Shown: in pieces, positions 1 through 13,640 of the stretch
Layout: the number at the start of each line of letters is the position of its first letter
How positions within the stretch are numbered: position 1 is the first letter of the stretch
Assembly (NCBI RefSeq): GCF_000150275.1
Contig: NW_002060955.1
Span: forward strand, 288,886-352,885
Source: Trichoplax adhaerens
Lineage: Eukaryota > Animalia > Placozoa
DNA length: 64,000 nucleotides
Direction of reading: 5' to 3'
Position numbers and translations under genes: made by a program
Notes under the pieces: model-generated
What the model was told of the DNA's origin: nothing
Databases searched by the model: none
The model's input: the letters and a program-made list of their open reading frames with translations, nothing else

Positions 1-1629
1 TTCCTCATCGCCCTTCTTATACTGTGCATCAATCTTTTTTCATCTTTGAAGTAGTTGATGTTAATTTGCCACGTTATGTTGTAAGTCCTAATTTCATCCT
101 GTTGTTGATTCTTATATCATTAAATATACTAACATTGATTGCTTGATACAATATAGAAATCATCTAAAACCGATACGAAAGAGATTAAAATATCCAAATT
201 ATGCTGCCTGCATGGATCCATTCGAATAACGGCCTCAACAAATCATGTAGGATTTCGTCCAGGAGAACCAGTTTGCATGAATGTTAGAGTCCAAAATAAC
301 AGCCACAAAATCATTCGTTATTTACGTGCTAAATTAATTCAAATCGTGGAAATTAAAGGTAGGTTAGAAAGGCAATAGTTTAATCTAATCAAATTACTTT
401 AATTACAACTTAAAGAGAGCCGAAAAATAGGATAATGCTATTAATCCGAATTCATTCTATATCTGTCACTACATTTACTACCGTAATTTAATATGGTACA
501 TCCGACGGTTAGCGAAATTAAAGCAATTTAACCGCACTATCGAGCATATTTGCTCGGAAAAACATTCTATCAAATCAATCGTTCAAGATGAAGAACTTAT
601 ATGGGAAAAGGAACCTTTACAAATACCTTCAGTGCCTCCAACGGTGAATTCATGTCCTGCAATTAGCATTAATTACGCTGTTGAAGTAAGTAGCACAAAT
701 AGGATATACTATTTACCGTAATTTCATTAGAATCACGCCTTTTTTCTCGCCTTTTTTCTCGACACTGTCTTCTATTCCATGTTAATAACTAGCATATTAG
801 CTATCGCTGATTTTACATTTACTTGTAAATAATTTTTGGCTCAAGCCGGAAGCTAGCATACGGTAGTAGCGTAGTTGATGATGATCCAAAATGGCCAAAG
901 TAGATCATTCGTTCAGAATAATTTCTAAATACTACCTTATAGCTATACTGTCCTTTCAAAATGCGCCAAGAGTATCCAAGATTAATCGTAATCGCTATTA
1001 GTCGAATTGTTTGCTAATAAAGCAATTATATGATAACTAGTGTATAATTAAACAGATTATAACACCCATTTACTACACTTAAGTATAAATTTTATTCTAG
1101 CTCAAAACTATAATGCATCGTTTTTTTTCAAATAGAAGCTATATTTAAAATCATAATAGAGGCAAAGTATATCATTCTCTCGGGAATAAATTATAAGGGA
1201 TATCGATTAAAGGAATGAATTTTGTGCCTTTTATTGTAGATACAGGCAGTCTTGCCACGTAAATATCATCTAGTCGTTCGAATTCCGATCACTATTGGCA
1301 CAGTTCGGTTATTTATAAATACTTCTGCATCGGTTACTGCCTATCGCTCCGGAGTAGACACAAATTGTCGTCTAGGTAAGTTATAAACTAAACCAGATTC
1401 ATTTTTATTAGCAGGAGTTATAAACAGATCAAATTAATATGCCAAATTACTTACTCAATATATTATGTAAAGTACTATCAATCATTAAATAACTGCTATT
1501 GCTCTTCTTAAACACTTGATAGATGGTTCTGAATCCGTTAAACAACAACTTAAGGGTACTATTAGTGATGCCGTTGCATTTAAAGACGTTGAGCTCGATT
1601 TTAATGAACGTCGTCAAGCTTCTCTTTAA
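1..1629 (+). CDS. Alpha-arrestin (arrestin domain-containing protein), 3' part; 5' end lies outside the window
   Basis: Exons approx 1-80, 157-358, 524-685, 1240-1375, 1522-1629 with GT-AG ends. They translate to arrestin-C-like segments: LCCLHGSIRITASTNHVGFRPGEPVCMNVRVQNNS, EPLQIPSVPPTVNSCPAISINYAVE, VVRIPITIGTV. TAA ends at 1629. Confidence 0.85.
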
Positions 1630-2714
1630 TTTGCATGGCAGAAAAAACTATCATTAGCTGTATCATTTTCTGTTTCTAAGCTAATTAAATACAATGCTTT
1701 GATAGGCAATGTCATATTAAGTCTTTACTTATCATTATTGGCATAGCGATGTAAAATTTCACTTTGTAAAGTAAATTTCTGAGTTTTCTATGAGCATTGA
1801 TAATGCGTTCGTAAACAAGAATGCAATTAGCTGCGCTAATTAGTAAAAGATGCAGGAATTTATATCGAATTTATAACAGTTGCAATCCTTTAATTTGTTG
1901 CAACTATAATAACTAATCTTGCGTGCATATTATTAAGGATAGACTCTGATCTCAATGACTGCAATTTTGTGATGATACCGTAACTATAATTGGAATTGAT
2001 CCATTTTGTCTAAAAGTAGATATATACTGCTTTAGCCGTGATGCATTAAGAAAAAATTTTAAAGAGATTCATAGAGGATTTTATGTTGGCGAATACGATT
2101 GCCGTTTTTTATCGATACTATGAACTGTATTGAATTCATTTTTATTAGTAATAGAAGATGTTAATTTGATGATCCTATCTATATATGAGATTTATTCACA
2201 AGTATTAATACTAGATAATCCATAACTATAATTCCACAATATCAAGATTGAAAATAAATTCGAATCGTTTCCTAATTTATGAATGGGCAACTTTATCTTC
2301 CACGATGATCTATCAAGATAACTCACTATCGTCATATAATTTATAACATGAGCATTTTTGATGTTTAAATCTTCAATCAATTTTGGTGCTTAACTATCAA
2401 GGTAGAATACTATCGTCACTGTTGAGAATGATATAATGTTTTCTTATTCTAAATGTGGAGCCTCAGACCATATTTTATAAATAAGTACCGAATTATTGTA
2501 TAACAATTCAAGATAATTGGAATTATAGACGGGCATTCTAAATAAAATTTTATTCAGCTGATCAAATCTATACTATTTCTTTCTTATAAACTAAAAATGG
2601 AAACTAAATTATTGGTGTTAAAGGGTATATCCAGTTCAGTATCTATTTACATTAGATTAATTCTCTCTCCGTCTCTTCGTGGCATAATAAGATTACTCCA
2701 ATTGTAGAAGGCAA

Positions 2715-3012
2715 AATAGTTTATTAGATAACGTATATTTTATTGATAAAATTGAGTTGTTTAATAGATGCTAAGTCGCAGACTGTTTCCTCTTTTATCT
2801 CAATATCTATTTGAACTCCAATCTATAGCGGATAAAACAGTTTATTAGGTATGTTTTATTGATAAAGCTGCATAGTTTAGTAAAAACTAAGTCAAAAGCT
2901 GTTTTTCTTTTATCCTTATATCTAACTGTACTCAAATCTATAGGGGATTAATCAGTTTATTGGTCATATTTTATTAAAGAAATTGAGTAGTTCAATGGAT
3001 GCTAAGTCGCTG
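2715..3012. repeat. Degenerate tandem repeat, about 2.5 copies of about 117 bp
   Basis: AGTTTATT..., TTTTATTGATAAA, CTAAGTC and AATCTATAG blocks recur at about 117 bp spacing. Confidence 0.75.
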
Positions 3013-4007
3013 ATCATCTTCACTATCCTGGGGCCTAATTGTCATTCTTGATTTTCCTAGATATTACTGTCATCTTACTGATTTTTCACTCTCAAGACTA
3101 GCCGATATTAAGAATCCTTGCCTGCAATTACAGTTCTGAAGCTCTAAAATAATTTTAAGATTGCACCAAAATGATTCAAGTTGACATTTGATTATTAGAT
3201 TGGTGCCTGTGTCAATCATTAAATAATACAATCGAAATATCAATCACAAATTTAACCTTGTAATGTAAATCACAGTAAGTTATTAGCAATGCTACAAGAA
3301 GAAACAGCGCAGTAATTGCAACTAGAAGCTTAAATATGAATAAGTGAACCGTTAGTAAAGAAATTCCCGAATGGATTCTGGATAGTTGGGTTCCCCTTTA
3401 TAAAAATCGAATAGCACCTGTAATGCTGCTAAAAAGCTGTTCTATTCTATTCTTAAAAAATCGACACTATTAAATTACGCTATAAATAATCAATATCCAT
3501 TTTATTGTCCATAATCATGACCATTTCAAGTCATATTCCCACTGCTATATCATAGCTATCAAACAAACATAAAAATCATAAATTGATGAAAAGGGTAGCC
3601 AGAAATCGGATAAAATTAGTGCATTAACCGTTGAAATAGCCATTATCTATTATGAAAAGTTTTTTAAAGGCTTCGGATAAATGATTAAGGCTACTTACGT
3701 TATAAAATTTCAATTAAACTAAATGCAGTGGGTTTTTTCTTATTCTATTTTTTGAATCAATTTATAGGTACCATATCCGTGTTATAGTGTCGATCTTTTT
3801 ACTGTACATTTATGCATATAAAATCATTACTCTGGAAAAAGAAAAATTTTTTCAACAAATATATATATACATAATATTACATCAAATTAAGATCAGGAAT
3901 TGAGCATCCTGTCGAGGCGAAAGTGTATCTAGTTTAACTATAAGTATTAATATTGGCGTTAAGAATGCATTATTGTATTTAAGTAAGCATTCACGTCTTT
4001 ACATTCT

Positions 4008-7000
4008 TTAGAATATTCCATAATATCTGTGATCAATGATCTCTTAAAATTATGCCATGATTGCTGTTCCTGCAATTCCCTTTGGAGTGCTACCTCTGAT
4101 GGATATTGGATTGTCTATATCATGAGGAGAAGATAAATAGAGTATTAAAATTGTAGTTATAACTGTTAGACAAGATACATTTATCCCATAAAATCAAAAT
4201 TTTACGCATATAACTTATATTACGAATAATGCACGGTTAAAACGATAAGTATCTTGAAATCTCTTCTAACGCATTATTGTTTTGATGTCTATCTATTACA
4301 GTGCAGAATCGATATTTCTCCAGTGATCTCTCAAGATATCAGTCTCATGAAATTTTTTAAACAATATCTCTACAATTGCTACTATCCAAGTGCTATATAA
4401 AATTTTACGCATTTAATCCTATCCTTTCACAGCAGATATGGATCTAGATTAGAGTTTTTCACCATTCAACTCTAATATGGAGATCTAGATGTATTTATTT
4501 CAGCATTATTCATGGCTGTCTATATCAACTAGCAAAATTATTCTAGAAATCTTGGCTACGTGCAGTTACATAACTAGCTATTCTCGATTTGCTTACTTAT
4601 TTATCAATAGAATGAAATAAAAATCTTATAGTATTTTATTAAATTAGTATTTCTTAAGGAATAGGACATGATGGACGATGAACGATTTCTTAGATAGTGT
4701 TTGTTGTTACAGAGGCGCACTTACCAAATTTTCTAATATAGTCAATACACTTTTGCTTGCTTCTTTCAAAAATAATTGCTTGGAAACGAGGATGATCTCT
4801 GCTCCTTCACTGATCTAAATGCAATAATTCATGGTTAAAACTGTTATAACCTAATTAGGTATAAATCCTTATTTATGCAAAGACTATTTCTAAGTATTTC
4901 GATCTATAATATCCAATATTGTAGACTAAAGCGAAATGATGTAAGCAACCACGGACATTCTCAGCTTTATATTAGACACAAAACTAATATACAGCAACTT
5001 AATACTAATATTGGTTAAACAAACTCTAAATCAATACTTTATAGTTTGAAGATGAATCAATCTTGTTTAATCTTGTGATTAATTAAACTATTAATATTTT
5101 ATGACATCAATTTACCGAAAGACTATTTGTCAGAATTGTAAATTATTATAAATATATCAGAGCATAGTAAAATATAAGTTGCAGAATAATAAGTCATTTA
5201 TTGAATTTATATCCGCTAGAGCAAACTTTACGACCTCAAATGTCAAAAAAGTCTGTTTATCGAAATTATAAACATGTAGAAATAGATTAATATAATATAT
5301 AAGTAACAAAATGATAAACTACTAAAAGAAATTTTATCCGCTACGGATGCCTACCAGAGCAGTTTCTACGGCATTTCTGTTAACAATACTTTGCAAACCC
5401 TGTAAAAATCAATTATGAATCTATTTCATAAAGCTGATGTAAATTTGGAAAGCTTCGTAAAATATTATGATCAGCCTAAAGATGTACAACGTATATATCT
5501 ATTATAAACTTACAAATATTCCTCCACTTCTAAGTATTGAAACTTGTACAAACATATCGTCAGTTTGTTCTTGTACTGGAGGAAAGATTGACTTTTTCTG
5601 AGTTCTTCTAGTATAGCTTCCCTATAAGATAGTAAAATCATAATCAGTTCTACTAGGCCTCAGTTTTAATAATTTATAGTCGATTGGATATCAAAGATTG
5701 GATATAGACTAATCTATAATGTCTTACTCGAACTAAATGTCGATATAACATTATACAGATAGCCGATAGACAAAACTTCGTAAACTAAGTTGAAATCTTT
5801 AAAATGACTCGAGATGGCAATATGACTTACTTTATTCTTCTGTAGAACTAGCTTCCTCTTAATCATCGGCATGTGCTGTCGAGTAGGCAGTGGTGGTTCC
5901 GATACTGTGCCAGCATAATAAAAGCAATAATGGAAATCAATCTTCCAAATACGATTGTAATGTAATATATTGAAATATACTTTCGAAAATCAAGATGAAT
6001 TCATTAAAAGAGGATATAACTTACAGCTTCGCTTACGAAAATGGCCAGCATGAGCATTACCCATTTTATGTAATATCTCCTGGAAGTAAAACAGGTTATC
6101 TTTTTAATACTCCTTAACTTAAAATGGTTGAGCTAATCGAGAAGTTCTCTATGGGTAACGAATATAAACATACTACATATTTCTTTCTTCTATTTGCTTC
6201 CTCTTCCGACTGGCCATAGCGTTGAAACATGTTAGTATCACTCTCCTGCATAATTACATCCTCGTCCTTTACGAGCTAAAGTAAGATAATACGTAAAAAT
6301 TAAATTCAAATGGATGTTTAATTATCTTAATTCTGACCACCAAAAGCTAGGAATAGAAAATAGTATTTTATCTGTAAACAACGAATCCTATTTCAGCCGT
6401 TTTAATTATATAGATTATCAGCTCGATAGCCTTGTAGTAAAATTTGGCCTTCTCTCAAGCAATCTCGATGGAACGAGCAGAAAGATGGATGAAATATTCT
6501 TCAGGCTATCAACCTGAGTGTAATGGGGCATTGCTAATTTATAGATTTTAAATTTAAAAAAAAGAAAAAATCTAGTTCCAAGTATTATATCTGAATATGG
6601 AAAGATAGATACAGAAGCCTTGTAGCAAACAATCTCGGTACCACACCATAAAAATTTATTTTATATTTTTAAGCATGAGATGAATTTTATTTTTGCAAGA
6701 TTATATATGTGAATACTACAGGAAAGGCAAGTTATAGTAGGCTTAATTAAAGCCATTGAGATTACTTCGGTGGTACGAGAAAACAGTGCAGCTTTATCAA
6801 ATGATTTATGATCAATTTTATAAGCTTAACAATTATTCTCTTACTTGGGTTGCAGGATCGAGTCGATCTTTGTCAGGACCATCGACTATAAGTGAATTAC
6901 AAAACAGGACCAATAAATTCAGCAATCACATAATTCTACTTTAACTAGATTGAAATTTAGCAGATTTATTCTTTCTTTAAAGTCTATAACTTTTACTATA

Positions 7001-10000
7001 ATCGTCAGTAATGATGTAAAAAATTCTAAGCACGAATATCCTTAGAACTCACCAACAATATGTTTAGAAGCTTCTACAGGTAGTGGCCGCAAAGTAGGAA
7101 GATACGTTGAGTATTTAGGTTTGGAGGAATGGATTCTTACTTTGCCTTGATTTAGAGCTGGTCTCTTTATTTTACAAACTACCTTACACTTTCCCTATAA
7201 AATAGCCAATAATAGAGCATAAATTAATTATCATACCTATTAAAACCTCATTTTACGAGCCCATTTCGCCTAAAACGATAGCAAAATAATATTAGTTCTA
7301 CTCATGTTACCTCTTTTACTATAGCAATCCATCTTGAATCATTGCTATTTTGTACAATAACAGATTCAGGTCTACAAGACAATGTTTAAGATTTGTTAGT
7401 TTAATAAAGATATTCTCCTTCGATACTTCTTTTAGTATTGTACTATCTAGTATGGCTTACCGATAATGATGATAGGAAAATGAATCTGCACGATTGTATA
7501 AAATCTTAACTGGCCATAATTCAAATAATTTAAGTGTTCTGCCCAAAAGAAAATTAAAAAATATTAGCAAATGTTAAGCTGATATTTTATGTTAATGAAT
7601 CGATAATAATATTTCTAATCTTATTTACTGCGGTTCTATTAAAGTCAACAAAAAATCATCAAAAAATCTTAAATAATCCAAGATAATGGCTGGCTTATTT
7701 ATCCTTTAGGAACTAATTTACGAGATATGGAATATTAAATCCTTCAAACTATTAAGAAATTTTAATGATGGACGCAATTTTATTCTCGAAAGAATCTAAA
7801 ATGTGATGAAGTAATTTTAGTGTAATAGTTGACTTTTTCTGAGTCAATGTTATGGAAGAATTGAAGGGAAGAAAGTAATTCTATTCTCATAAGTACACTA
7901 ATTGATGAGATATGGAAACATAAATCCTTGCTCCGATTAAAATCTTTAAGGATTGAAGCAATTGTTCTTATAAATATCTAAAATTTTATTAGTAATTCAA
8001 GCTTAACGCTGGCTTAGATCGAGCTATTTTATCTTTAGCTACGAAATTGATTAATAATTTCTACTCATTTCAACATGATAATGTAGAAGCTCTCCTTTAG
8101 AATAGACTAAATTTTTTTAGCAGATTTATTCATCATCTTACTTTAGGAATTGTAAATTAGCATGTTTTTCTTGTAGAAATGTATGATAGATTGTCTTTTG
8201 AAAATCCTATTAAAAAATTATTGGTTAAGCTGTAAGCCTTGCGCCCTTCGAGCTATCTTAATAAGATCATTTCTCTATTAAGATCCATTTTAATCACCTC
8301 TTTATCGATGGCTAATAACTCAACGAAAGCTTTACTAACGATTGTTGCAGTTCGACTTGATCCATTTATTAACGCCACTTCCTATGAAATCATAATAAGA
8401 AAGACGTAGCTAAGAAATACTCCAATAACATAGAAATTGACCTATTTAGCCATCAAGCTACTAACTTTATTATGAGCATCGCAGATAGCAGAGTTAATAA
8501 GTATTTTATAATGAGAACTATAGAAGATCTTTGCAAGTTTGCTGTGATGGATTACTAGGATAACTTCCATCACTACGCTAGTTGTATTAGTAGATCAAGT
8601 CTTACCCCAAAGCTTTTTCCTTCACCAATTTCTTGAACTGTACGAGTGAATGGCTGATTAGTGCGAATATCGCTATCGGTTATATTGACTAAAACTGAAT
8701 ATAAAATAATGGAGAAATTTTAAGGAGAGAATCAGTTGATTTTGGAAATATTTGCGGTTAATAACTCTGAAATTAATTATTCAATATTGAACACCAATAT
8801 GTAGCTTGTAAGTCAATCAACTTATAGGAAATTCTCCTATCTGTAGGATAATTTTATCTAGATCAACTTACGCGTTCCAGAGAGAATAAAATAATAAGCA
8901 ATCGGTAGATGTCCTTGTTGTACAATTACTCTCCTCTTGCCATAGCTAAATTGAGTCAATAGATCAATTTTCAGTAAGTAGAATTATTGCCGTAAAATTC
9001 ATTACAAGAAATACCTTTCATAGCGTAAAACTTGACATAGCTGCCTCTGTAATGTGTTGGAATACATAGTGAAGGATTTCAGTCGACGAACATGCGATAA
9101 AATCTGTAAACAAATATTGAATTTCAAAGTAAGGAACTAATTATTGCGATAGTTATGCATTACATATCCTTTGCAGATGTTCATCATTAATCTTTCAAGC
9201 TATCAATGGCTATCTGATATTACTTGGCTCTAATTAATACTATCGTTCCAGTATCCTTCCTTCTTATAAACACTAAATAATTCAAATAATTGTGCTTTCA
9301 ATCGAATACCGGTACTTTCTGATCTAATTGATTCAATGGAATCCTTACAGTACAATTATTAAATAGTCATATTCCAACTTACATCATCAATAATTGCATC
9401 TGTTCTCCTATCCGCTGGAATATCCAATAATTTCTTTAAGATCTCGCTACCTTTGGGCTATAAGACAGCATTGCGCATTAAATTACTCTAGGAATCCTTC
9501 CAAGTTGGTACTCATTCATTAATTACATGCAAGAGACTTGCAAGCTAAAAATTTCTTCTTCTTTCAAAGTAAAACTACCTTTCTGTAAATTCTTACCTCT
9601 TGCTTTTTAACTATATACAGAGGATGAAATGCTAGACTTTCTGAAAAGGTTGCTTCAATATCAGTTTGGAATTCAGCTAATGATAATCCTCCAGATTTTG
9701 CTGAAACCTCCCTATCATTGCGAAAAGAAAACGTTTTTAGATTTTACAACGATAAAATATAACCGCTTGTAAGGGAGAATAATTTAAGTTATCAACTTAC
9801 TTTCTTACAGCGATGCATGCCGTAACAATAATTCTCACAGATTTAGCAAAGTTTTGAAATCGCTTATAGGGCTATGTAAATGAAAGTTATATCAGTACCT
9901 ATACTAATAAGGTTATCAATCTGTGATATTTTTATAAATCTTTATCTTGTATCAATAATGGCTTAGAGTGTCATCAATCAATTTGTTATTTCGTGTCATT

Positions 10001-11144
10001 AAAGGCCTCATTTACTTTATCTTATTAACTAGGACTAAGTATAATTCTAGGAATGCTGAGTATAAGCATTGATTTAGATGGTGTAGCGACTTGATCGATA
10101 TCGACAAGTGTAATAAAGGATTATTAAATCAAATTCTTGACCGAAAGTTTGGTTTAGGAAAATGAATTTATGGGGTAGGCAAAACAGAGAAATAATAGCA
10201 GATCGATCAAGAGTCTCTTTTTCAGCTATGAGTGCAATGAAAAATTAACAAAATAGTTTCATGAAAAATAAATCAAATTAACCTAGACGAACATCGAATA
10301 GCTATATCTACATTATAATTTAACGATCAATACTGCTTCCTTGTTAGGAAAGAATATTAATATGACCGCACGAATAATATTAGAGAGCTAACTGTTCGCT
10401 AATTGGCAAGAAAAAACAATCATAAAATGAGAACGATCATGATGGCTGCTAGATTGATTTAAAATAATCGAGAGACAATAATGGTTGCTAGCATTAACTA
10501 GTTATAGGAAATAGTTGGATGACTTGCTTCACTATTTTACCTTAAATTTCTAGCTAGCTATTGTAGTAAAATATTAAATTACAACATTCGATTAAAAGCC
10601 AGTATTTATTCAGTATTCTGACTTCGAATTGCAACAGCTCTATTAGAGCAGTTAAGTAAACAGCGTAGACTATGTTTCAAAAGTATCACAGGATTATTCT
10701 AAATAAAAAAATGAATATGTATTTATCTATAATCTGATGAAGTAAGCGATAGAACCGAGAATAGTTCAATCACTCAACGAAATAGAACTTATTCACTAAA
10801 TTAGTGTGACTCTGTACTACCCTAAAATAGGAAGAGTTTACTCAATTTTGAGATGATGGAAAAGTTGTATTCATTTTAATTTAGTAAAAAATGAGAAAGG
10901 AAATTAGCGTCAATTAATCATTTAAACACCAATAGTAACAATAAATGTACGTTAAAATTAATACCAACAATGTAATTAGGCAAAATAGAATTCAATCGAA
11001 TTAGTGATTTATTTAATAACTTACGCGTATTTTAGCTTTTGCGGGTTTAGTGATAGGATTATTGGTTCGATCCTGTGAATTACGACGAGTTCGATTACCA
11101 ATTAGTATTCTCAATCGAGTTAAAGATGTAGGATGCACAGGCAT
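4008..11144 (-). CDS. CNBD2: Cyclic nucleotide-binding domain-containing protein (CNBD2/CNBD1-like), multi-exon
   Basis: Minus-strand exons give YGKRRVIVQQGHLPIAYYFILSGT (~8871-8945), VQEIGEGKSFG (~8605-8695) and EVALINGSSRTATIVSKAFVELLAIDKE (~8299-8382), a cNMP cassette. A second degenerate domain follows (VIVQNSNDSRWIAIVKE; ISEGAEIILVSKQLF). C-terminus YPSEVALQRELQEQQSWHNFK; stop 4008-4010; ATG at 11144. Some internal exon borders are unresolved. Confidence 0.8.
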
Positions 11145-12134
11145 GTTAATTTACATTAATTAAATTAGCATTAAAAGTGGATAGTAGAGGACATAGAAAA
11201 GAAATGAAGATTTATTTTTTCTGTAATAAAATCATCCAGGGCATTCTTGATTTACTAATGACGGAATAATATTAAGGTAATGATAATGATGAGATTTAGA
11301 ATTCAAACCCTTGTTATGTGACTTTAATAGGAATAACAACGAAGTAGGTTAGAATATGTAGTCCTTAGCTACCAGTTGGCAACATTGCCGAAGGGGATTT
11401 CAGATTATTGAAAAGAAAATGAACTACAACACAGGATTGTACTCTTGGCGAAGACAATAAATCAGCATCAAAAGGGTCGAGTACAATGTGACTTGGGATA
11501 AACGACGATTGTAGTACTGTTACAATTCTCTATTATACGTTTCTATCTATACAGAAGTCTTAAACCCGATATGGAAATTCAATTTATAACCTTTGGCAGT
11601 AATACAATCTCGTTAATGACAAACGATCTTTTTAAAATGATGTTTGTTTTCTCGTTTTTTTACTTTCTTGCAAATTGACGAGCAATAGCGTTACCTTTTA
11701 ATTTCAAATCAATAGGGTAGGTGGCGTTATTAATATAAATACAATTTATATTATTATTTTGATATTGGAAAACAATTTTGTTATAAGGCGTGATTCAATT
11801 TTTCTATCTATATTTCAATAGCAGCCTCTAGGGTAAAGCTTATGAGTCAATTTTTCTACTTGATAAAAAGTTGCAATCACTACAAACAACAAGAAGTTAT
11901 GCAACCATTTTCCATTTTCCTTCATGGTAATCCAATTTAAAAGGTCAACAACTAAATCTTCATAGACAATTGAATTGATATCTTTAATCAGCTCAAGTAT
12001 ATAGATGTTCCTATGACGTCAATAAATGGATAAGAAGGCGATTGCCTGATATTTAAATATTAAAATTAGGTTACTTAGTGCTGTTTTATTTGGGATAAGA
12101 ATTTCTGCAATTTTATCGTAATCAAGTGATGAAT

Positions 12135-12965
12135 TATTACTGTACTACTTTGATAGTAACTACCGCACTTTACTTTGTCTTTAAACAGTAAACGAGTGGT
12201 TATTAATATTACTAGTTGTAGAAATTCAATCCCAACTGTCTCTTAATATTTATTCAATGTGATCCAATGGCATAGCGTGAAAATATCAATTGACCTCGCT
12301 ACATGCATCATTTCATTCAAGTTCAATTTTAAAGAATCAATAACTATATATTTGTTTCGTAGTTACTACCTAACTTTGTCTTGAAATGGTGAACAGAGAA
12401 TGTTAATATTACAAATTCAGAGAATAAAGTTTTCGATTGTATTTCAGTAGAGATCCTATATTGAATATGGCCCAGCCACAAGTGATAAAACATTAGCATA
12501 GCTTAATATTATAATTTCTATCCTTTAAATTTTTCGTCATCAGGACTACGAATAACTCTCGTACTACTTTCATGGCTACTACCTCACCAATTTTTTTACA
12601 GTACCGTACATAAGCAATGTAAACATTGCGAAGCTATAAGAAATAATCCTAACTCTGCCTCACTTTAATCCAGCTACAAGCAATGAGAATATCAATGCAT
12701 CTTGATGTAGTTACAGTAAATTTCATGCATTGTCATATTAGTTTCGCGACTACTACCTTATGTCGACTTGAAGTAGTATACAAGTAATAGCAATATTTCA
12801 AGTGACAGAGACTAAATCTTGGCTGTATCCCAATAGTAGTTCGAATTGAGCCTGGGATCAAGCGATGAAAAAAATGGTAATGCACTAATATAATTTCGAC
12901 AATTTAATTTTTTATCATTAGAGCTACAAATCAATGTCACGCTGGCTTCTCAGTTACTACCCTGC
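12135..12965. repeat. Highly diverged tandem repeat, about 200 bp period
   Basis: ACTACC-containing anchors at ~12156, 12362, 12575, 12748 and 12953 with similar flanks. Confidence 0.55.
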
Positions 12966-13024
12966 AATTTAGTTTTCCTATCAATGTCTTTAGTATTATC
13001 TTGATTATAGTAAAAAGATTATGG

Positions 13025-13640
13025 CTAAATCTGACTACATCTAGAACTGTCATCTTCTACTAGCAATGATATGATATGCGTATAATATACGCTATATGTA
13101 GAGTAATCGTCTAGATAACTGGAGAGATCTCTTGCTTGATATTTTTCATTATCCTAGATGGATCTTTGGTAAAATTTGATTATATGTCGGAGTTATAGTA
13201 CAATCTGACTATATCATTACATCTACCATCGTCCTCCGGTTATAATAGAATATGCAATATATTCCTCTGATACCGATACAATTGTGTTATTAGATCAATT
13301 CAATGCTCATCTTCAATAGCTCTGGAGATTTCCTACTTGAAATCTATAGTCTTCCTATCGTGATCTGTAGTGATATTTTGATAATACTTCAAAATCTTAG
13401 CCTAATCTAGCTATACTCAGACGACTACTATTGTTTATTGAAAGTAATATGATAGGCAATAAACACTAATATTTATGGCTATAATCATTTTGCTAGATCT
13501 AATCAGTAATGATCTTATTAGCTCTAGAGATCTTTTATTTGACATTGGTACTTATTTTATTTGAATCTTTAGTAGTATTTTGATAATGCTTCGGAATTGT
13601 AACTAAATGTCGGCTATATTGCTAATTGCCATCCCCTACT
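13025..13640. repeat. Second diverged tandem repeat, about 200 bp period
   Basis: AATCTGACTA-like blocks at ~13028, 13202, 13405. GAGAT...TTGA blocks at ~13120, 13320, 13522. TATTTTGATAAT at 13374 and 13576. Confidence 0.6.

Noticed and set aside
11368-11383. RFX X-box upstream of the proximal CNBD2 exon
   Set aside because: Only one good half-site (GGCAAC) and atypical spacing.
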